DNA of 44,872 nucleotides. Origin: Stramenopiles sp. TOSAG23-3 (Eukaryota). The notes beneath the pieces were generated by a model. That model was not told where the DNA came from. It did not search any database and saw nothing but the letters and a program-made list of their open reading frames with translations. The stretch lies in assembly GCA_900128585.1 (NCBI GenBank), contig LT642171.1, positions 1 to 44,872 on the forward strand, read 5' to 3'. Of the stretch, positions 38,902 to 44,872 are shown in pieces. The position numbers and the translations under genes were made by a program. Positions within the stretch are counted from its first letter, which is position 1. Every line of letters begins with the position of its first letter.

Positions 38902-40662
38902 TCATGCCTCCCCAACGGAAACGTTGATTCTATGCCATGAATTGTTCAGAATGCCCCTCAAATTCCACAAACTCTCTGCCTTTTCGGGCTGCTGGTTGTA
39001 GGAGCTATCGACAGCTTTGCACAACAATTCAATCTTGTCGCCTTTTTTTCTCCCCTTGAGTATTTCTTTTAATGGGACGGTGGCTTCCCACAGGGTCCAT
39101 GCCCACGCACGACCGTTTTTCTGGTCTGCGCCTTTGCCTAAATTGGCCGTGATCCATGTTTTTCCGCCGTCTGCAGACACGTCGACGCGAACAATGGACC
39201 GACCTCCGCCGGACCAGGCAAAGCCTGCCACGTCAATGTCGTCGTCTTCCACCGATACGCACTCTGCCCCGTCGGACGGGTTCACAATGCACGACTGCAC
39301 AGGCATTTCTTGGCACGACAAGACTTTGGATGGGTCGACGTTCTTAAAGTCCGTTACGTTTGGGGAAAATCCTTTGTACTGAACGCTGCGCTGCCAAACG
39401 CTGGGGCTCTCCTCATCGCTCGTGACGATTTTGGTAAGCCATTTGACCTGTCGCGCCCCGATTCCGCCGGGCACGACGCTTCGAAGCGGGTAGCCATGGT
39501 CGGGCGGCAGTTCCTGCCCGTTCATTTCGTACGCGAGCAGCACGTCGCCTTTTCGATTGACGGCTTTGTCCAATGGAATCGACGCGTCGTACGGAGGATC
39601 CAGGGGGTACATGTGGATGTGTTCAATCCCCACACGCTCTGCCGTTTCCTCGTCCACGCCGACCCAGGCCAAGATGTCCCGCAAGAGGACACCTCCCCAC
39701 GTGGCCGTGCTAATGGCACCTTGTTTCCACGGAAGCCCTTGGGCTTTGCTGATTTTGTTGAACTGCCCCCTTCGGTTTCCACCGCACTGCATCGTGGCAG
39801 TCACCGTATGCTTTTTGAACAACGTCTTCAAGTCTTCCAGGGACAGTTCGACGCGGCGACGGAGACCTTTTCCCTCGATAACGAGCCTGTAAGTCTTGGG
39901 GTCGACCACCGGGACTGGGTGGTGGTGCCGGACGTACCAAAGCTCGTTCGGGGTTATGTAACTCTCGTCTGTGATCAACGTCGTGGGGGTCTCTGCGTTG
40001 AACGGCTTTTCTTTGTGCACGAACAGTGCAGGATGACGCTTGGGGTCCGTGGAATACGGATCCGTTGGATCAACCTCTACAACTTCGGTCGGGTCCAGGC
40101 GCCCGATTTGGTACTGTTTGAGAATGGCCTGCACGTCTTTCGTAAAATGCTGCTGGTATAACGTCCAGAACGGGTCCACCGAGCTCCCTGCAGCCAGCAT
40201 GATGCGCTCGCTGCCGCCCGGGTGCTGCTTAATGAAATCTGTCACGTCGTACACCCCGTCTTTATACGTAACCCACACGCCCTTTTCCATTGAATTATGC
40301 TCGGAAACTTCCTTCATGGTAAAAATGTTTTGGTCGTCCCAACTATTGTTGGCCGACCCTTCCGGTGAGCTTTGAGCGCACAACGAGGCGGTCGCTGCGG
40401 CCGCCAGGGCCCCTCCCACAAGGGAATACCAACCCAACGTGTTGGCGCTTTGGCTGCTGCCATAGCTGCTTTTCTTTGCCTGTTGTGTTGCCTCTATAGA
40501 AAAACACCTCCTCCCCCTACCAACGGGAAGCGGTCGAGAAACGCGCCCGTCAAACAAAGTCAAAAACGCCGGACGAAAGTTTCCGAACGACTGGGCGACC
40601 AAACGGTTGGACGCCACGTTCTTCGTTCGCAGTAACTGTTGAAAGGGGAGCAAACGCATCAT
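38902..40662 (-). CDS. SUOX: Sulfite oxidase, mitochondrial (cytochrome b5 + Moco + dimerisation domains)
   Basis: b5 heme domain (VYDVTDFIKQHPGG), Moco domain (NAETP, YVRHH, MQCGGNRR, DHGYPLRSVVPG..GARQVKWL) and dimer domain (AWSGGGR, WAWTLW, WNLRG). Presequence plus hydrophobic stop-transfer segment. Confidence 0.97.
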   Translation of the reverse strand: MMRLLPFQQLLRTKNVASNRLVAQSFGNFRPAFLTLFDGRVSRPLPVGRGRRCFSIEATQQAKKSSYGSSQSANTLGWYSLVGGALAAAATASLCAQSSPEGSANNSWDDQNIFTMKEVSEHNSMEKGVWVTYKDGVYDVTDFIKQHPGGSERIMLAAGSSVDPFWTLYQQHFTKDVQAILKQYQIGRLDPTEVVEVDPTDPYSTDPKRHPALFVHKEKPFNAETPTTLITDESYITPNELWYVRHHHPVPVVDPKTYRLVIEGKGLRRRVELSLEDLKTLFKKHTVTATMQCGGNRRGQFNKISKAQGLPWKQGAISTATWGGVLLRDILAWVGVDEETAERVGIEHIHMYPLDPPYDASIPLDKAVNRKGDVLLAYEMNGQELPPDHGYPLRSVVPGGIGARQVKWLTKIVTSDEESPSVWQRSVQYKGFSPNVTDFKNVDPSKVLSCQEMPVQSCIVNPSDGAECVSVEDDDIDVAGFAWSGGGRSIVRVDVSADGGKTWITANLGKGADQKNGRAWAWTLWEATVPLKEILKGRKKGDKIELLCKAVDSSYNQQPEKAESLWNLRGILNNSWHRINVSVGEA

Positions 40663-40849
40663 TTCTTTTTTAAGTCCTTCCGTGTGTCTACGTACAAGCT
40701 TGACTTTCCTTTATTCAAGTGAAAGAGAACTCACAATCTTTTCCAAACTGTTATCCCATGGTCCCATGGTTTAGTATATTCATCCAAAAAAATTCACTGT
40801 CCGGACTTAACGGTGTTCTTCTACAATATTATTTCTATATAATATATCA

Positions 40850-41190
40850 TCATCATCTTCTTCTTTTTTTTCTTCTTCTCTTCTTCTTCTTCTTCTCTTT
40901 TTTCTTAAAAAAATATAAAAAATATTTCCTTCTTCTTCTTCTCGCTCCTCTTCTTTCTTCTTTCTTCTCATAAATAATAATATTTCTTTCCGTGGATAAA
41001 TAAGACTATAATGTAGTCTTTCACTCTCCTTCTCTTCACCTTTCTTTACCATTTTTACCTACGGTACCATTTTTAATACGAATAAAAAACCACCCTCTTC
41101 TTCTTCCTTCTTCTTCTCTTTCTTCTCTTTCTTCTTTTTTGTTCTTCTTTTTTTGTTCTTCTATCATCATCTTTTGTTCTTCTTTCTTTT
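40850..41190. repeat. (TTC)n tracts
   Basis: Multiple pyrimidine runs between divergent genes. Confidence 0.9.
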
Positions 41191-41495
41191 TTTTTTGATT
41201 GATTTGATTCGTTTAACTGGTGCTGTGATTATGTTGTTGAGTATAATCACTCTTCTTCTTCTTTTCAACAAACAACAACAACAACAAGAAGAATAAAAAA
41301 ATGGAAGAAGTGCGTGTGTGCACTATTAGTGTATGATCAACTTGTTGAGTTAATTGGTAAAATAATATAAACGAGTATACATACTGTATATATAAAAGAG
41401 AGAGAGAGAGAAAAAGAAACGATATTACAACAATCGTACATTGAACGTAGTTATTAAACGTTGTGTATTTTGTAGAACATAAACCACTAGAAAAA

Positions 41496-42242
41496 ATGAA
41501 CCACCTCCTTTTTGCCGCAAAAAAATGCGAACAGCTATTTCCTGATGAAAAAGCATCAACGGGGAAGGATGCGAAAGAGACGGGCGTGGCCAACTCAAAT
41601 GCACCACTTGGGCGAGAGCTGATGGCGTTAGTAAAAGATGGTGACATCAAAGCAAGCGAGGCAAGGAAACTTTTGGTAACACAGCCGACACTTTCGTACA
41701 TCAATAGGCCTACCTTCCACTACAATGGCTCGCAGTGGTGCAAAGGCAAAGTGACGTCATTCTTCGTCGAGAACCTGGTTGGAAGAACTGTGTTTCTTGC
41801 TCCCCAGTCGATAGGGCGGGTTACACATGAAAACGAAGACGGGACTTACGTCATCCTAGTGAACTCGAAAGAGGAGCGCATCTTGCTGCAAAATCTGTTT
41901 CAATATTTGACAGAATCTGTTGTAGTGACGTACCGTATTGCCTACGAAAGAGGTGGTACAGATTATTTTGATTCGACGTCGCAAACTTTACAGAAGCTAC
42001 TGAAACCTCTGAAAAAGGGAGACGGGGTGGTCGTTCAGTTTGAAGGCGAGGCAGAGCCATGCGTGGGAATCATAAACTATCGCGCCGTAGAGTACCAGAC
42101 TGGTAAAAGAACGTGGGTATACTCCATTTCAAGGCTCCGCAAGCATAAGCGCCAAAAGCGTGTGTACGTCAAAGACACAGGTTGGTCCCGCACAAAAATG
42201 GATTGTTTCAATTGGACGAAGAAATCTTCTGGTAATAAGTAA
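41496..42242 (+). CDS. Hypothetical protein, possibly with small SH3/Tudor-like beta-barrel domains
   Basis: ORF of about 248 aa from ATG 41496 with beta-rich segments (LKKGDGVVVQF...VGII...WVYSI). The fold guess is weak. Confidence 0.65.
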   Translation: MNHLLFAAKKCEQLFPDEKASTGKDAKETGVANSNAPLGRELMALVKDGDIKASEARKLLVTQPTLSYINRPTFHYNGSQWCKGKVTSFFVENLVGRTVFLAPQSIGRVTHENEDGTYVILVNSKEERILLQNLFQYLTESVVVTYRIAYERGGTDYFDSTSQTLQKLLKPLKKGDGVVVQFEGEAEPCVGIINYRAVEYQTGKRTWVYSISRLRKHKRQKRVYVKDTGWSRTKMDCFNWTKKSSGNK

Positions 42243-42519
42243 AGAGTGTTGTGGGCAGGGGACTCCCAACATTTTCACGAAATTTGCAGCAGCAGTCATT
42301 TGAAGTGTAGCAAACGCTGGCGGAAGGCTTTTAAAAAATAAATATGTGGCAAAAAAGTGTGTATTTTTGTTTTTACTTTTTATAAAACTTACAAAAAGAA
42401 AAATTAAATCTTCACACTCATTTGGGGTTTTCCCTCCGCACTTTCCATGGCCACTGCATTTTGGGTTTCCATCGCACGTAGGTGGAGCTGTTGTCGTAGG
42501 GGGTTTGGTAGTCACCACC

Positions 42520-44519
42520 TTAGGTAGGGTCCACAACCGGAATATCTGGATCATCATCGTTCCTATCCAAAGCTTCTTGGGTAAAATGCAGCGCCATTGT
42601 GTTCGCATACCAAGATGTGTAGTATGCGGAAACTTTGCACGAATGGCACATCTTGCAGTACACCTTGGCCGAATGGCAAAAATAACAGTAGTAATCACAC
42701 CTCGGCGAATGCTTCAAGGCGTGCGTTATGGTGGGCGCCAACGAGTGCGTTAGTGCAGGAATCAACGAGGCTGTCAGGTGACGGATGTTTTCGGACGAGA
42801 CTCCTCGAACGAGTGATGTCAAAGACCGTTGCACTATCTGCTCGGTTCCAAACTTGCTCATGTCTGGAGCCACACTTCGATGGAGTTGATTGTGAATTCC
42901 GTGCTCTATCTGTTTTATCCGTTCTGCAATAGACGACGAAAATCCCGACACCATCGTTTGCTGAACATCTGCTTCGATGCCTTTCCGTATCTGGTCNNNN
43001 NNNNNNNNNNNNNNNNNNNNNNNNNNNNNNNNNNNNNNNNNNNNNNNNNNNNNNNNNNNNNNNNNNNNNNNNNNNNNNNNNNNNNNNNNTGCCCCGTTGG
43101 GACGGCCACGTCAGGCGTCGAATCCGACGCCGGCATAAGATCGCCCCCAAACGTCGACTGCAAAAATTGCCCTACGCTAACCGCAAACTGACCGCGAAAA
43201 AGACTGACCAACAATTGTACGATGTGGAAGGGCATTGTTTTGACGATCTTATTGGCGACGTCTTTAATAACATTTTTTTCGTGCACCCCGGCGCTTATGT
43301 ACGCTTGGGTTTTTGCTTTAGTTTCCACGAACGTTAGGGTTGCAGACCGAGCACGCGAAGCTTGCATGACCTTCTCTTTGTCTCCAATGCTTAATGCACT
43401 CCAAACCGGCCCATTGGGTAAAAACACCCCGGATGCCTCTTCCGGCGTCAGCTCGTCTCCTTGGCCATCCCCGTCCAGGCCATTTGGATGCTGCTGCTCC
43501 TTGTGCAGCAACGGATAGGCAAATGGGTCCGCTGTTGGCAGCACATTGTCCCTATACTGTTCTATAACTTCTTTCAACGTCATGTTCTCGTTGTAATGTT
43601 TCGCCTGGCCATGGTGGTAGTCGTGCTTTTCCAGGTCCCCGTTTGCCGTCTTTTCGTGCTCGTCCACGGTGCCCCCCCCGATCCTCTCTTCCAGCAGCCG
43701 CCTTCGACGAGGACCGGGGTCTTCATGCGATGGCTTTGGACGCTGGCCTATCCACTCGGACAGATAGAATCCGTTATTTACATCCATGATGGAGCGCTCG
43801 TGCACGCCAATGGCAGCGGCCTGAAGCATTTCTTTCTCTGCTTGCGACTTGGTCACAGGAAGCCGTTTGCAAACGTCCCCTGTCCGCTGGAGTGGCAGCG
43901 TCGAAGACCATGGTTTTCTGGTTTCCAAGCTTTGCAACCCTGAGACTCCTACGTGGCAACTGGACCCAAGGAGGTTGTCGAACGCCTCGTAACTGCCGGG
44001 GGTCATCCCGACCAGCCTCTTCAAAACAAACCCGTGTACTGTTGTGCTCTGGCTACTACCCCCCGTTCTCCCGCACAGGTTCTTTGAGCTTATTTGTCGA
44101 ATAAGTCGGAGGGCAGGGAGCTCCCCGCCCCCCCCGTTGTGGAAGGAGGATAAAGGCCGGCCCCGAAAACTAATGTTATGCTGAGGACAATGCACCTCAA
44201 CGGAGAGGCAGCCTTCCATAGCCCTGCCTTTGATGGGTTCAAAAATTAAGACAGCCGAGTTGCTGAAGGGCGAAACCCTAAGGTTCTCTATGGCTATGTT
44301 GATAGCGGAAAAACGGTCAATGTGCCCACTGGTACGACTGGCCACAACGACCGTATGCTTTTTGAAATGTGCAAATACTTTCTGGTCTAAACGAAACCAC
44401 CTGGAGCAATTCCCTGCTGCGCTTGTACCGTTTCCTAACGCGACTCCCTGAACACCAAAATCGCCGAGGAGTGCAAACACGAGCAACGGCCAGCTAAAAA
44501 CTAAAGCAAAGTATTCCAT
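42520..44519 (-). CDS. Secreted hypothetical protein with a Tyr/Cys-rich motif, spanning an assembly gap
   Basis: Signal peptide from ATG 44519 (MEYFALVFSWPLLVFALLG). After the N gap the sequence reads DQIRKGIEADVQQTMVSG..., in frame with ORF 42520..42954 (ALTHSLAPTITHAL..SP.CDYYCYFC...YCKMC). Confidence 0.75.
42997..43089. other. Assembly gap (93 N)
   Basis: Run of n. Confidence 1.
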
Positions 44520-44872
44520 TCTCAGGTGGCCGAAGAAAGACGCTTCCTCCAACCGGGCAACCCTCTGACTAGAACGGGCAAGGGGGGTGAAGTGCTTTCC
44601 CTTTTTTCCGACTCTTCTGACTCAGCAATTTTGCTGCGTTTGCCACACAAAGACTCTTCCGTTCTCTTTGTGAGGTGAAATTTCCTTTTATCATTCTTCG
44701 CAGTAGCCAATATTTTACTTTACAAAAAAAGAAGTGTTGCCTCCCTCGTCTGTAAGTGGTTAGGTTGGTCTCTTTTCATTATTAAAAAACAAAAAGAAGG
44801 ATGATGATGAATGAAAGAAAGAAATGAACGAACAACTAACTGGGCTCCTTCCTGCTGTGTGTATAATATTAT

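Noticed and set aside
42915-42996. Frameshift between the 545-aa and 144-aa ORFs
   Set aside because: The frame change coincides with the N gap, whose true length is unknown.

Overview
This is a gene-dense eukaryotic nuclear contig, most likely from a heterotrophic protist. A stramenopile origin is my inference from gene content and is not proven. About 16 apparently intron-free genes of moderate to high GC are separated by very AT-rich spacers. Recognisable genes are argininosuccinate synthase (with an N-terminal mitochondrial-type presequence), an SLC25 mitochondrial carrier, an enoyl-CoA hydratase/isomerase, centromeric histone CenH3, a 2948-aa neurobeachin/LRBA-like ARM+ConA protein that lacks PH-BEACH-WD40, a perilipin-like 11-mer-repeat protein, a patatin-like lipase, a DUF501 protein, an OFA-type MFS transporter with a presequence, SMC3, an HSL-family alpha/beta hydrolase, a KA1+ARM protein and sulfite oxidase. 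Several other genes are hypothetical. The most interesting signals are non-coding. (1) A dispersed 35-55 bp element (core AAAAAACAAATTA..TAGTATGYTTTAAGACTC) usually sits just downstream of stop codons in sense orientation, and two copies 22 kb apart are near-identical. (2) (GAA)n tracts are polarised to the sense strand upstream of genes. (3) ACCGTA and (GTC)n motifs recur in the spacers. The last gene also has a TAA stop followed directly by a +1-frame Thr/Pro linker and an EGF-like module. I saw no rRNA, tRNA, CRISPR array or autonomous transposon.
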